The notes under the pieces were generated by a model. It was not told where the DNA came from. It saw nothing but the letters and a program-made list of their open reading frames with translations, and ran no database searches. Position numbers and translations under genes: made by a program. Below are positions 51,138 to 64,000 of a DNA stretch of 64,000 bases, piece after piece; position 1 is the first letter of the stretch; the number at the start of each line of letters is the position of its first letter. Source of the stretch: Okamejei kenojei (lineage: Eukaryota); NCBI GenBank assembly GCA_035221665.1, contig CM069162.1:16182001-16246000 (forward strand). Reading direction: 5' to 3'.

Positions 51138-52482
51138 TGTAAATAAGCAATTCACAAACTCTTAAAGTGTGCAACATCTTTTAATGATAGCACAGGGTAT
51201 TACATACATCTTCAAGCACTGGCTACATTCTTCTACTGAACTGTACCCAGGGAGGGGAAGGTGTTATGATTGATGTTAACTAGTACTGAGGTAACTATAT
51301 TAGTGGTTGCATATATAAACCATCTACATCCTTCCCTTTAGAAAATCAAAACAGATTGTTGTCACAACAACAGAATTAAACAGCAGAATTAAACAAAATC
51401 GCCATAACAAACAGGTGGCTTACTAATCCGGCCCGAGCGCGTACGGATGTCTCCCCCTTCCCCCGAAAGAGCAGAAGAAACAAGAGGACACGAGGCAGCT
51501 GGGAAACCAGGGGAAGGCAGTGGGGTGGGAGAAACAGGAGAGTGAGAACTGCGACCGGCAACAGGTGACCTGCGTAGAGGGGAACCAGGCGCTCGATATG
51601 CGGATCGAGGCATGCAGGGAACACTGGCTGGGATGGCAGCCGGCTGCTGGTATGAGAGTGGCGGGCATAGGGCCCCGGGGCTGCGGCTTCGGCTCATTAA
51701 CCGCAAGCAGGTGTTGTCGGCTTCTTCGGTAGATGGTTCCCTCTATGGAGGAGGGTAAACACATTTGAATCCTTGGGAGAATTAATTGGATCTGCATTAT
51801 AGGATTCAGCTATGTTGGGCTGTGAGCCGTAACAGTCATCAGATTGCCTCAGCATGTTTAGACTGAGTCTGGAAATCAGCACCTGTCTCCCACTGGAACG
51901 ACAGGAACGACAGGCCGCAGAGTAATGATTCCGTTTTTTACAAAAGTTACAGGCCTTACCATAGGCGGGGCACGTTGACAGTCTGTGGTGCATGTAGTTA
52001 CAGTTTGGGCACCTTTTTGGGGGCACTTCACCAGGACCTGGGTTGGCACGCGGCAGAAAAGCATTGTTTTCCATCCGAGGCTGTGGTCTCCTAAACCCAG
52101 CCAGGTTGACAGATTTATTGCCCGAGTCCTGGTGGTCATCTGGCAAATATAATGACCTCAGACAATCTGCAGGCATGCATGGCTTTTTCCAACATTAGAT
52201 CCGGATCCCTTAGAAGCTCACATCGCAGCTTCTGGTCTCCAATTGGAGGCGTGTGTTCGTATCCCACTTCTGACACCATGTAAATAAGCAATTCACAAAC
52301 TCTTAAAGTGTGCAACATCTTTTAATGATAGCACAGGGTATTACATACATCATCAAGCACTGGCTACATTCTTCTACTGAACTGTACCCAGGGAGGGGAA
52401 GGCATTATGATTGATGTTAACTAGGCGGGATTAATGGTACTGAGGTAACTATATTATTGGTTGCATATATAAACCATCTACA
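51138..52482 (-). mobile_element. Internally deleted Gypsy (Mag-like) LTR retrotransposon, 1345 bp
   Basis: LTRs 51138-51328 and 52279-52482 (TGT...ACA); 5-bp TSD gaagg; PBS tggtgtcagaagtgggat (tRNA-Leu-like); PPT aaaggggaagga; Gag double zinc knuckle CPNC...H...CPAYGKACNFCKKRNHYSAAC; pol C-terminal RTRSGRISKPP. Confidence 0.92.
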
Positions 52483-53295
52483 GAAGGCATTGAATTGAAA
52501 TTTTAATACAGTCACTTGCGCACATTGAGTAAGTACTGTTCTATCAGAAGTGCTGTCTTTTAGATACAAATGCGCTCTCTGCCTCTCATATGAATGCAAG
52601 AGGTACAATTACATTATTTTAAAGAGTGGGGTTCTGGTGTAATCACGATTCATCAATCAACATTACTACACATGTCCCATACGTATGGTCTGATTTTCAT
52701 TCATATTCTCACTGTTGTTCATGGTCAGTCACTATAAGGCCCAGTTCCCATGGCTGCCACAGAGGGGATTCTTTCATTCTGGTGCATCCTCTTGTATTCC
52801 TGGTTGTCAGAGGAGCAAATAGCACAGGAAAAGACGCCTGGCATCGCCAAGCTACTCAGTTAGAAGGAGCACACAGAATCTGTCCCGGTAAATCACTGGA
52901 GGGTGGAACCGCAGATCTGTTCCATCCATGCGGACATAACTGGGGTCAGGACAACATGGTTCATAGCAGGAGACATCATTGTGTGCAGAGGATTCTATCT
53001 CTCTGCCCCCACAGGAAATAATGGCACCATGGGTCAACAAGGATATAGATCAAACAGGACTAGCGTAGATAGGTGTGGGCATGAACGAATTGGGCTGAAG
53101 TGCCTGTTTCCATGTTGCATGACTCTATGTGTGAACAGCCTGCTCTTCTCATGGAGGAAAGAAATGCCACTCACATTGTATCTTGCTGGAATTGAATGGA
53201 ATGTAATAATTATTGTTACATGTCACAGGGGACAGTGAAATTATTTACATGCACACTCAAGGCATTTAACTAGAGAATGCTGCTAGCAGTGTCAT

Positions 53296-53580
53296 ATAGA
53301 AACATAGAAAATAGGCGCAGGAGTGGGCCATTTGGCCCTTCGGGCCAGCACCACCATTCAATATGATCATGGCTGATCATCCAAAATAAGTACCCTGTTC
53401 CTGCTATTTCACCATATTCCATGAATCCTTTAGCCATTCGAGCTAAATCTCATGTGAATACATCCAGTGAATTGGCCTCCACTACCTTCTGTGACACAGA
53501 ATTCCACAGATTCACAACTCTCTGGGTGAAAAAGTTTTTCCTTCATCTCAGTCCTAAATGGCCTACCCCTTATTCTTAAC
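53296..53580 (-). mobile_element. CR1 3' fragment
   Basis: catatagaaacatagaaa tail plus CR1 3' end. Confidence 0.8.
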
Positions 53581-55149
53581 TTGAGCAATAAAACAGATTG
53601 CTGGACGAACTCAACTACTCAGGCAACACCTGTGGAGGAAAATGGACACACAATGTTTCACTTGGAGTTTTTTTGGGTGTAACGAAGGGTTCTGACCCAA
53701 AATGAGGTCTGTCCAGGACTATGAAATCTAATTTCTATGTACCATTCTTTTGTCCATCTGTGAGTCTGGGTTGTGAAGACACAATTCAGGTAATTCTAGT
53801 GCAAGTCAAACGGCGCCTGAGTTGGCAGCTTACGGGTGAGTATTGCTCAACACCATCTTCCATCGGTGCTGATGATTGAGAGTTGACTGAAGGGCAGCAA
53901 TCATCAGCTGTTTTGTTATTCTTTTGTGATATAGCCTGGGACTGGATGTCAAGTATCCTGACAGGCTTTGGGAGGATGCTAGTAGCTAGAGACAGACAGA
54001 GCGAAATGCTGGAGCCAGGAGAACAAATGAGCGCAGTGAAACCGGTCACGTCATTGACATCTGGTGGGAGCGAAAGATGAAGGTAACTTCACGGCTAAGT
54101 CTGTACGGCCTTGGGAAAATAAGGTGCCTGGAACAGACATATTGCAAAATAACTATAATGAGAAGGAGATATGAACAAGCACCATAATTAATAACTCCCT
54201 AGCCTGATAAGGAATAAAGATGTGTCTGGTTTATTCAGCCCATGGGGGAGCGACAACTTGAAATGATTGACTGTAAAGCCATGAGAGCCCTGTGTTAGAA
54301 CAAAGGTTTCCTTTTGAAGATGGTAGGAAAAGTAGTATAAAGAAGGGTGGTTCAAGACATCGGGAGCGACAACCCAGGAACAACCATCCGAAGAAGGAGG
54401 GACCTGAGTTTGAAGCTCAGAGAAGACTACCCCCCTACCAACAGAGTGAATCTGACTAATTCATTCATACAGGTAATTTCTGAGTCCAAGTCATGAGTTT
54501 TGTGATTTAGTTTAAGAAGTGATGTTGAAATAGTGAAGTAAATGAGAAGTTTTTAAAGTCAATTGTTTGTATGCATGATTAAATTTATGTGAGTGTTAAT
54601 AGTAAGATTAAACGAGAACTTACCAAGTTCGAAGGTTGATCTTTATTTTATGAGGAGTCGCGGTGAGGGATTTCGTGAAGACCCCGCCAGCACGCATGCG
54701 CGACATTCTTCAAAGCAGCGGTGTGGAATCACAGAACGCACCATGACTGGAAATTGTAAGATTAAGATCGTAGAACATACCAGGTGACCTTATGATAGAG
54801 GGTGGGAGCGGAGGGCACGAAATCCCTCACCGCGACTCCTCATAAAATAAAGATCAACCTTCGAACTTGGTAAGTTCGCGTTTAATCTTACTATTTTACT
54901 TCGGAGTCACGTGAGTGACTTCGTGAAGATTTCAAAGCTCTGTGATTTCACGCCCTGGACATCGTCCATGCTATTACACTGCCGCAATCAGATGGAGGAA
55001 GGTAGTTAATGCATTCCAGACTGAACAGGTTGAAAAATAATGCACAGTCATTAACACAAATAAGAACAAAGCAAAAAACCCCTAATTCGGGGACGTCGCC
55101 GGGCCAACCAGCGGCTTATTGTAGAACCGCTGGAAGGTTGTTTCACTGG

Positions 55150-56055
55150 CCCAGCCCGCGGTGGCGAGGATGTGGTCCATGGGCACCTCCATGGCCCTCG
55201 CCAGTGATGTGGATACAGCCCTGGTAGAGTGAGATTTAAAAAATGTTAGTACCAATTCCTGCTGTACCCAACACTGCCCTGAGGCACCTTACTATAGTCT
55301 GCACAGTCACCCGGTGATGTCGAGAGTTGCGGCTGACGAGGAGCCCCTGCTCCATCTTCCGGATGGTTCCTGTAGTGCGGATGTAGAGGCGGAGATGGGT
55401 GACTATGCAGAGGGTGGCATCAGTGGGGTACGCCCAAAACTCCAACTGCAGCCCACGATCCCCAGGTCTGTGCTGCTTCAATAGGTCCTGGACAAAGAAA
55501 TTCACCTTTGCAGGGGTGGAGACCATGCTATCCAGCCGCAGCTTTTGTAATGCCTGGACTCGTTGAGCTGTAGGCAGTGCCATCAGCATCACCACTTTGA
55601 AGGTGAGCTTATTGAGTGGGAACTCTCATAGGAGACCAGCTCCTCGGTAGGGTCAGAACGATCCCTACGTCCCAGGTGATGTTGTATCTGGGCCGTGGAG
55701 GGTTGGTGTTAAACACTCCCCTCATGAATTTAGACACCAGGTGGATGGAGCCTATACCGATGTCTAGGTATGAGGTCAATGCACTCCTGGCGCTGTTGAG
55801 GGCACTGGAGCTAAGGCCCGCATCGTAATGAAGGCCCGCTAGGAATTCCAGGACATCAGGGATTGTTGCCGAGTTGTAGGTCGTGTTGGTACGGGAGCGT
55901 AATGTCTCCCACTTCCTGACCTGGGTGAGGTACTGCCTCCTGGTTGATGCTCGGCAGGACGCTGAGATGAGGTCCATGGCTCTTGGTGATATGCCGGCCT
56001 TGACAAGCGGCCTCTTTAGAGCCTGCAGGCCAACATGTTTAGGTGACCAAGGCAC
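55150..56055 (-). pseudogene. DIRS tyrosine recombinase (frameshifted)
   Basis: ASTRRQY...VLEFL...NSARSAL...FMRGVFNTNPPRPRY..WDV (SAM-like domain); LMALPTAQRVQAL; SHSTR-like motif following GIGTNIF. Confidence 0.85.
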
Positions 56056-56079
56056 AGGTGACTGTCCCCCGTAATGGGT

Positions 56080-57748
56080 TTAGTAATCATGTGGGATATT
56101 TACCAAACTGAATCCATGGAAGATTTGGAGGGCCTTCGGGTACCATGGCTGTGTAGGCCAGTCAGGTATGATCAAATGCCAGTTGCAGAATCCATTTGAA
56201 TTTTCTGCAATACCCGACTGATGAGGCTGAATTGGGGAAATACGTAGTAAAACCATTATCCCCTCCCCAATGGAGAGAAAAACATCCATAGCTCCCCCAG
56301 GGTCTGGGTCCCAAGACACATATGGCGGTATCTGATGGTTCAACCTGGCCGTAAAGAGGTCAATATCTGGCGTGCCAAAGTGAGCTATCATTTCAGCAAA
56401 TTTGGGGAATTCAACATCTACTCGATGTTATCATTGAACACTCATGACCTGGTATCCGTCACCGTAGTGAACTTCCCGGGTAAATAGGTCGCTGTGATCC
56501 AAATATTTCTCTTAATGCACCAGTCCAGATTGTACTTTCCAATTCGTCCCAAGATAACGACCTGATACCACCCATATGAAAGATGTAAGCCACCACCGTA
56601 GTGTTGTCTGTTTGGAGGCGGACATATAAGTGCCGTGAATTAGGACAGTAAGCCCGCAATCCCTGGAAAACCCCTAACATCTCCAGATGAGTTATCCCTG
56701 GTGTCTGGAGGAGGGGCGGAGACTCGTGAGGGTCCCATCTGCCACCACAACTGGACACGGTATCAGTTGTACCCCAACCTTGTGCGCTTGCGTCAGTCTG
56801 TAGCACGACGGATGGGTTGCTAACAATGAAGGGTCTGTAACACTCACTAATAATGTAAATCCACCATTGTAGCTCAGCTCTAGCCGGATTTGGCAACCGT
56901 ATTGGTCTATCAAAGTGCCCAGCATTTGCTTGTAATGCTGCTATCTTTACTCTTTGTATTTTTTTTGTAATGTAACGGTCCGAATTTGCGCAGCTGAGAA
57001 CGTAGCTACCAGGTTCCCAATTTCTTTTGCCATTTGTCGGATAGTCGGTACCCTGGCGCAAGCAAGGCTGTAGCACGCTTCTTGTATGTCTAAAGCTGTG
57101 TTGGTCGGGATTGTGATCATCAGTAAATTTGTGTCAATGGTGAACCCAGGTAATCCATAACTTGAGAGGGGTTCAGGGTGGATTTGTCTGGATGGGTTAC
57201 AAACACTAACGTCTCGAATAAAAATTTGGTCGCTGGAACGGCCAGTGTAGCCAATTGGTGGGTCTGTCCCACGCTAAGGATATCGTCTAAATATGCCATG
57301 ACGATAGAATTGTTATTGGATGAGTGCCAATATGGTTTTTACTAATTTGGTAAATAGTCTGGGCTGTGGGTAACCCATTGGGTAAGGCTTTGTATTGCCA
57401 TAACTGTCCCTTCCAGACAAAGTTCAGGAACTTCCTGTGAGATTTTGTGATGGGGACTATATAGGATGCATCTTTTAAATTGATGCAAACCATAAAGCAT
57501 CCCGTATAGGTAGCTGCTCAGCTGTTTCAAAGGTAACCATGTGAAGATGGGATATGGTACAAAAAAGTGTTCAACAGGGTTAGGTCTATGATAATCCGAC
57601 TCCTCCCCATCTTTTTTGGTTTTCGTAAAGATGTCAGACACAACTCAAGGGGTTTGTGTGTCGTTTTGCCAATCACCCCCTTTGCTGCCAGCCGTAAGAT
57701 TTCAGCATGTCCCTCCTTTATCTCAATCTGAGCGAGCGTAAAATGCAC
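56080..57748 (-). pseudogene. DIRS RT / RNase H / DAM-like methyltransferase region (frameshifted)
   Basis: KPKK..RIIIDL, INLKDASY...YKALPNGL, (A)YLDDI near 57285-57300, LQTDASAQGWG...ITHLEM...LQTDNTTVVAYI, FGTPDIDLFTARLN...PDWPTQPWYP. Confidence 0.88.
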
Positions 57749-60700
57749 CGAGGTTCATGCTGTGTAGGGGGAAGTTTACCATCAATAAAGCTATGACATA
57801 ACCGTGAACACTTTGTGGGATAACGTGGCTGTGGTGATTGCACCCCAAGCACCACGAAATGCTCGCAACCGACCCCCGACTTGTGCGGGTAGAAGTGCTA
57901 CTGCCTTAGAGGAACCAGGCCCCTTACCTCCATGGTTAACGGTGGTCTTGGCGTTTTGGGGGAACGTTGCTGTGGTGTCGTGGCGGTGGCCCCCTAGTCT
58001 GATATGGGTGAAGTTTAGCCGGTGGAGGTTTCATAAAGCCCGCAGGCTTGGCCTCCTCGTCGAGTTTTGTGACTTGCTTGGAGAGATCTTCCCCAAACAG
58101 CTGATGAGGTGGTGGAGTGGTGGAGGAACGGCACAACCCTGCAAATTACGGGCTGAGTGTCGGCCGGATGGATCTCTTACGAAGGCAGTTAATTTTGAAC
58201 TGCGCATTGCAGAGAAGTGCCAGGGCATCCTGCGGCTCGCTGGGCACACTTAAAGTGATGCAGTTGTCGGGCGGTTTGAATGCGTCCATGGTGTCAGTGA
58301 CTACCTGACCCAGGGATTGGTGTGTGGGCAGATAGTCAATGGTTCCCGCCAGTTTGGGGTGCAGCGGCTCCCCATTGTGGGTAGCTGTGGCAATTTTTCC
58401 CCCCACGACATCCAGTAGGTCCGCACCTAGGACTGGCTCTGCGGCCTCCGGCATCCCTGGTTCGTCATCGTAGTCAGCATCCAGCAACTTCTGGTACGTC
58501 TGGCTGGAGAAGGCGATATGCTGGGCGGTCTCCTGGCATGGCTTGTGGAGGCCCGAGACTCCCGTTCATCCCGGTCCATATCCCGTTGGACTAGTTGCTC
58601 CACCAAGAGCTCCAACCTGGCAATGCGACCGTCCCCACTACTCGCGGCGGACAAGCCGACTTCCCCAGGCTCTGCAATTTCTCTGGGGCTTCTACCAGCG
58701 GACCACTCCTCCATAAGATGCAGACTAGGGTCCGAAGGCAGGTTGTCGTGGGCTACCGCTCCTGCAGGCCCATACGACTCCCGCACGGACCTTCCGCTAG
58801 TCGGCCTTCGAGCGGACTGTGGCGGTCCACCTGCCTGGTAGGAAGGCAGTGGAGATGAGTCGGCGCCGGTCCCCGGTACCTGGCTCCCCGAAGTCCGTGC
58901 AGGCTTACCTCCACTATCGCCCAATGTTCTGCGTGGAGGTGCATGGTCGGCAGCTGCCAGAGCTAAGCTTAACCGACCGTCTACTGCTGCCACCAACGCC
59001 CTTGACCGCAGCCTGATGAGGTGTTATGCCGGCAGCACCTGCTCCTGCAGGGCTGCTCGATGCAGCAGTAGTCCTGCCAGACTGCCCTACGGCAGATATC
59101 CCTGGCAGTTGTACGTGGCGGAATGCGGCTGCTGGGCTCCCCTGTAGCGCAGCCGTTCCCCGGACCGGTCCCCGTGGGTCTACTGTAACTCGGGGTGAGG
59201 TCGCTGGCGACGGGCGAAGCTCCTTTCCACGTACCTGTCTGTACCCCCCCCCCCCCCCCCCCCCGCTTCCTGGGGGATGGGGGCACGAAGTCTGGGTCGG
59301 CAGGATCCAGTTCCGGTGCGGGAAGCCCTTCAGGTGGTAAGTTGGGCGCTGGAGTAACGGGAGCGCCCGACTTCCGCATTCTTCACCCCCGACCTTCCCG
59401 ATGCTGCCGGCGGGTCGCGCAGCTCCGGGGGAAAAATGGCCTCTGGCCTGTCGGTGACCCGCGGCTCTTGGGAAGTCTGCCTTCCTTCCCGTTCCTCCTG
59501 CAACCAACAAAGGTTAGTATACTTACTTTTGCCGGTCTTGTTGAAAGAACTGGTGGAGAAAGCGCATTTCCCCCCCCCCCAGCTTGTCGATGCAAATGCG
59601 CGCGACGATATGTCGCGCATGCGTGCTGGCGGGGTCTTCACGAAGTCACTCACGTGACTCCAAAGTAAAATACAGATTAAGTTATACTAAACTAAACTAA
59701 ACCTTGGTTTAGAGCCTTTTGTTTGACAGGTCAGTTGATAACCTATAGAAGTAATAGGGTCAACAGTGAGCATTGCATGGCTGGGTAATTGAAGGTGAAA
59801 TTTTTTTTTAAACTTTTATTTGGATCTGTTCAGTTTTAGTTTGTTGTCAGGTATATTGTGAAAAGGTACAGTGAAAAGCTTTTGTTGTGTGCTAACCAGT
59901 CAGCAGAAAGATAATACATGATTACAATCGAGTCAGTGTACTTATATTTCTTTAGTTACGTGACGAATTTTACAATTACCTGCTATTACCACTTTATAAT
60001 TACCTGCTATTACCTCTTTATCACCTTACCATCTAACACTTCAATGTCATGAAACCCGGCCTGACAGCAAGGAAGTTGAAGATGACAAAAGCATTTGTGT
60101 TTTTTCTATTACTTATAGAATTGGGGAGAAAAAACTGCACAAAGATTTTTTGTTATGCCAGCGTGGTTTAAGAATTAAACAATGTCAGTCTTGCGTGCAA
60201 TGAAAAAATAAAATAAACACAGGTTGAAAATCTGAATGAAAACTCAAAATGAAGGAAAAACTCAGCAGGTCAGGCAGCACAAGTGAAAAGAGAAATTGTT
60301 ACATTTTTAGATCTGGAACCCTTCATCAGAATTCATTGAGTGCAGTACTGGGCCCTAACTCCATTTTGCACATAGGAAACAAATATTTAAGAAACAGGAA
60401 AATGCCAGCCATGAATATATTGTTCTGTGTTCATTTGGTGTGCCTGTTTTTTTATCGGCTGACCTTGTGCTCTGATGTATTTTCATGTCATATTACGGTA
60501 TTCCTATCACACTGGAAAACGGGCAAATCAAATATGGAGTATGAGGTCAGGAGAAAGTGGACAGCAGACCAATGGAATTCTTCAACATCAACAATTTTCC
60601 ATGAGATTGCACTCTGAAGGAAGTGAGGTGATTTGTTTGTTGCATATCAGTGAATGGATGAAAGGTCTCCTTCTGTTCCCATCATTATGGGGTTCTTCAG

Positions 60701-61234
60701 CCTCTGCACATTTTACAAGTAAAGGGTCAGGGGAAATATCATGGAAGCTTAAATAGCTCATTATCCCACTTTCCCCCTCCCATGAGGTTATGTGATTAGG
60801 TGGTGTGCAAGGTTCCATTATATTTACTTGGAATGGACCTGACCTTGAGATATTCCAATTATCTAGTTACGATGCACAACATATAAACACTCAATCGGGT
60901 AGGACATTGTCTTTTAGTTACCAATGATAAACTAAGTATGGAATGATTCACCAGTTATGCAACAAAATATAGGTGTGCAGACAGTTATGCAACAAAATAT
61001 AGGTGTGATTATAAGGCAGTTTGAGCTTTAGGGAAGTAAGAATCTCTGTTATGTAATACACTTTGTTGCAGAGTAAAAGTGTTTAGTCCATGAGCACACT
61101 GTATCTGAAAATTTCTGAAAAAAATCACTGTGAAGAATATTAGGGTGAAAATGTTTCTTAGCGGAAAAAATGCAAAATGGTAACTCATCTAACAAACATT
61201 TTTAGTAAACTGATCTTCCTGTTGTGGTCACAAG

Positions 61235-61545
61235 GTCATAAATGATACGAGCAGAATTAGGCAATTCGACCCATCTAGTTCACTCCGCCATTCAATCATG
61301 GCTGATCTATCTCTCCCCCCTAACCCCATTCTCCTGCCTTCTCCCCATAACCCCGATCCCCTGACTAATTAAGAATCTTTCTATCTCTGCTTTAAAAATA
61401 TCCATTGACAACCTCTACAGCCTTCTGTGGCAAAGATTTTCACAGTTTCACCACCCTCTGACTAAAGAAATTCCTTCACATCTCCTTCTTTAATTCTGAG
61501 GCTATGATCTCTAGTCCTAGACTCTCCCACTAGCGGAAACATCCT
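61235..61545 (-). mobile_element. CR1 3' fragment
   Basis: Matches the 45180-45380 CR1 3' UTR subfamily. Confidence 0.7.
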
Positions 61546-61607
61546 GGTTCTGGAATGATGCCTCGACTTAGGTTTTCTGAGTTCTGTGATAGCTCAGTGA
61601 TTTCCAC

Positions 61608-62890
61608 AGGAAGGAACTGCAGATGCTGGTTTAAACCAAAGATAGACACAAAATGCTGGAGTAATTTAACGGGACAGGCAGCACCTCTGGAGAAAAGGAA
61701 TGGGTGATGTTTCGGGTCTAGACTCTTCTTCAGACAGACGTCAGGGGGGGAGGGAGATAGATAAAAGGTGCGAAAACAGGGCAAAGAGAATGGAGATCAA
61801 GGAAAATGTAGAATCGATCATTGTTAGCTGGGAAGAGGTAACAACAAAGCAAACAGAGATAAAATGTAGTCGGAGACAGACTGGTCAGGGAACTGGAAGG
61901 GGGAGCGATGGAGAGAGCGGGAAAGCAAGGGTTACTTGAAGTTAGTGAAGTCAATGTTCATACCGCTGGGTTGTAAGCTTCCCAAGCAAAATATGAGGTC
62001 TGTTCCTCCAATTTGCGCTGGGCTTCACTCTGACAATGGAGGAGGCCCAGGACAGAAAGAACAGTGTGGAAATAGGAAGGGCAGTTAAAGTGTCCAGCAA
62101 CCGGGAGATCAGGTAGGTTCAGGTGGACTGAGCAGAGGTGTTCAACGAAACAATTGCTGAGCCTGCGCTTGGTCTCGCCGATATACAGGAGTCCACACCT
62201 GGAACAGCGGATACAGTAGATGAGGTTGGAGGAGGTGCAAGTGAACCTCTGCCTCACCTGAAAAGACTGTCAGGTTCCTTGGACAGAGTAGAGGCTGAAG
62301 GTATAGGGACCGGTGTTGCATCTCCTGCGGTTGCAAGGGAAAATACATGGGGAGAGGTGGTTTGGGTGGGAACGGACTTGTTGACCAGGGAGTTGCGGAC
62401 GGAACGGTCTGGGGTGAAAGATTGCAACCTTCACGTGGTCCGCCCTGTTTCGACTAATGCAATCAACTCGACGTTCACAAACAGAAGATCAAATAGACCA
62501 AGTTGTCCTACAACTTTAGGCTGTGCACGCCACACGTAAGAAGAAGATGCGGGAACGGTCTCTGCGGAAAGCGGAAAGGGGTGGAGATGGGAAGATGTGG
62601 CTAATGGAGGGATCCTGTTGGAGGTGGCAAAAACGTTGTAGGATTATGTGCTGTATGCGACGGTTGATGGGGTGGAAGGTGAGGGCTAGGGGGACTCTGT
62701 ACCTGTTACGAATGGGGGGAGGGGGAGCAAGAGCGGAGCTGCGGGATATTGTGGAGACTCTAGTGAGGAGCTTGTCTACGATGGCAGAAGGGAACCCCCA
62801 TTCCCTCCAGAGATGCTGCCTGTCCCGGTGAGTTACTCCAGCTTTTTGTGTCTATCTTTGGTTTAAACCAGCATCTGCAGTTCCTTCCTG
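61608..62890 (-). mobile_element. Penelope-like element 3' fragment (GIY-YIG endonuclease) with a pLTR and an inverted partial pLTR
   Basis: ORF 61958..62257 FTCTSSNLIYCIRCSRCGLLYIGETKRRL...EH...HFN; pLTR 61608-61735; reverse-complement copy at about 62797-62890. Confidence 0.9.
61702..61735 (-). ncRNA. Minimal type I hammerhead ribozyme-like motif in the Penelope pLTR
   Basis: CUGAAGA-agagtc-ta-gaccc-GAAAC-AUC; stem II is imperfect in this copy. Confidence 0.5.
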
Positions 62891-64000
62891 CACATATCCA
62901 TGTTCATGTGACATCCCAGTCAATACAATACAATACAATTTATTTGTTGTCATTTGAACCTCATTGAGGTTTGGTTTCTGCAGTCATACAAACAAGGAGA
63001 AGAACCAAGACACAACACAATTTACACAAACATCCATCACAGCGAATCTCCTCCTCACTGTGATGGAAGGCAAAGTCTTATCTTTCCCCTGCACTTCCCA
63101 TTCTCCTCCCGATGTCAAAGTCAAAGCCCCCGGCGGGCGATGGTAAATAAGTCCCGCGGCCGTTAAGACCGCGTCGGGCAATGCAAGTCCCCGCTCCGGG
63201 ACTAGATGTTGCAGCCCCCGGCAGGTGCTAGCAAATCCCGCGGCCATTAAAGCCACGCCGGGTGATGTAAGGCCCCGCTCCAGGTCATTTTCAACCCCGG
63301 AACTGGGGCGGGAGAAGTTGCCGTTGCAGGAGCTCTGAAAAGTGGTCTCCCACTAGGGACCTGCGAGCTCCGGGTGTTACCATCCACCGGACCTGCAGCT
63401 GGAGCCTCCGAATCTCCGGGGTCGGCCCGCAGCAGCGCGCCACCACAGCTCCTCCCGTTCCGAACTCGACCAGCCCCACGATGGTAAGTAAGTCCGCAGG
63501 CTCCGCGACTGGAGCCCCAGGCAGTTCCGGTTGGAGGCCGCTACACGGTGCTAGGCCCCAAGGACAACGGAGACCCAACAGAGAAAAGGTAAGGTCCTCC
63601 GTACAGGGAAAATATTTTAAAAGTTCCCCCCCACCCCCCATCCCCCCACATACCCAGTTAAAAAAACCCACTAAAACTACACTCAAACGAGACAATAAAA
63701 TTAAAAAAGACAGACGGACTGCAGAGGCCCCTGCGACATGGGTCGTGCCACCCACCCCCATCAAGCAGCATCTATGGAGGCAAAGGGATGACATTTCAGG
63801 TTGAGACTGTGCATCAGGACTATGAATTCTCTTTAAGGTATGGCACTGAAGAAAATCTCATCGATGGGAGTTCAATGAGTCCCTTTCTCACTGTCTCCTT
63901 CCATTATTTCCATCGTAAGATGTAGACAAGCTATGGAAAAGTAGTGGAGTAATCTAAATTAAACATAGAAAACTGAAGGAAAGCCAATTTAAATGCGATG

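Larger units (their letters stand above)
54598..59671 (-). mobile_element. Full-length, degenerate DIRS1-type tyrosine-recombinase retrotransposon
   Basis: Inverted terminal repeats (about 54673-54707 vs 59611-59645); internal complementary region about 54818-54930; gag-like, RT, RNase H, methyltransferase-like and YR frames in the expected order. Confidence 0.92.

Noticed and set aside
57804-59668. Plus-strand GC-rich ORFs
   Set aside because: Antisense shadows of the DIRS gag region.
54100-59765. Solo LTR hosting the DIRS element, as a firm feature
   Set aside because: It has a TATA-like signal and a CA end, but I could not identify matching termini or a TSD.
60952-61007. Two-copy ~30-bp tandem duplication (cagttatgcaacaaaatataggtgtg)
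   Set aside because: An ordinary local slippage duplication with no further structure.

Overview
This is vertebrate genomic DNA, not prokaryotic. The repeat landscape (CR1/HER1-like LINEs with (CTATGTTT)n tails, Penelope-derived short repeats, Harbinger MITEs) suggests a cartilaginous fish, probably a skate or ray; that is an inference. Positions 1-36.2 kb hold a spliced minus-strand gene that the ORF track shows only in fragments. A putative signal peptide, assembled from three tiny exons starting at ATG 36189, is followed by at least 7 tandem Cys-rich WxxW/CysD-like (Mucin2_WxxW/CILP-type) domains. Each domain is encoded by a 178/181-nt exon plus a 98-nt exon and is linked to the next by 21-nt micro-exons. 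Six domains lie in a near-identical ~4-kb tandem array (106 aa per unit), which appears to continue off the left edge. One 5'-truncated CR1 insertion was co-amplified into three units. Positions 37-64 kb are transposon-rich and I could not support a host gene there. This part contains an env-only LTR retroviral remnant interrupted by L1, a MITE, an inverted duplication, a templated-insertion repair scar, a 23-bp minisatellite, a deleted Mag-type Gypsy element, a full-length DIRS1-type tyrosine-recombinase retrotransposon and a Penelope fragment with hammerhead-ribozyme-like pLTRs. All calls come from reading the sequence by eye; no database searches were run.
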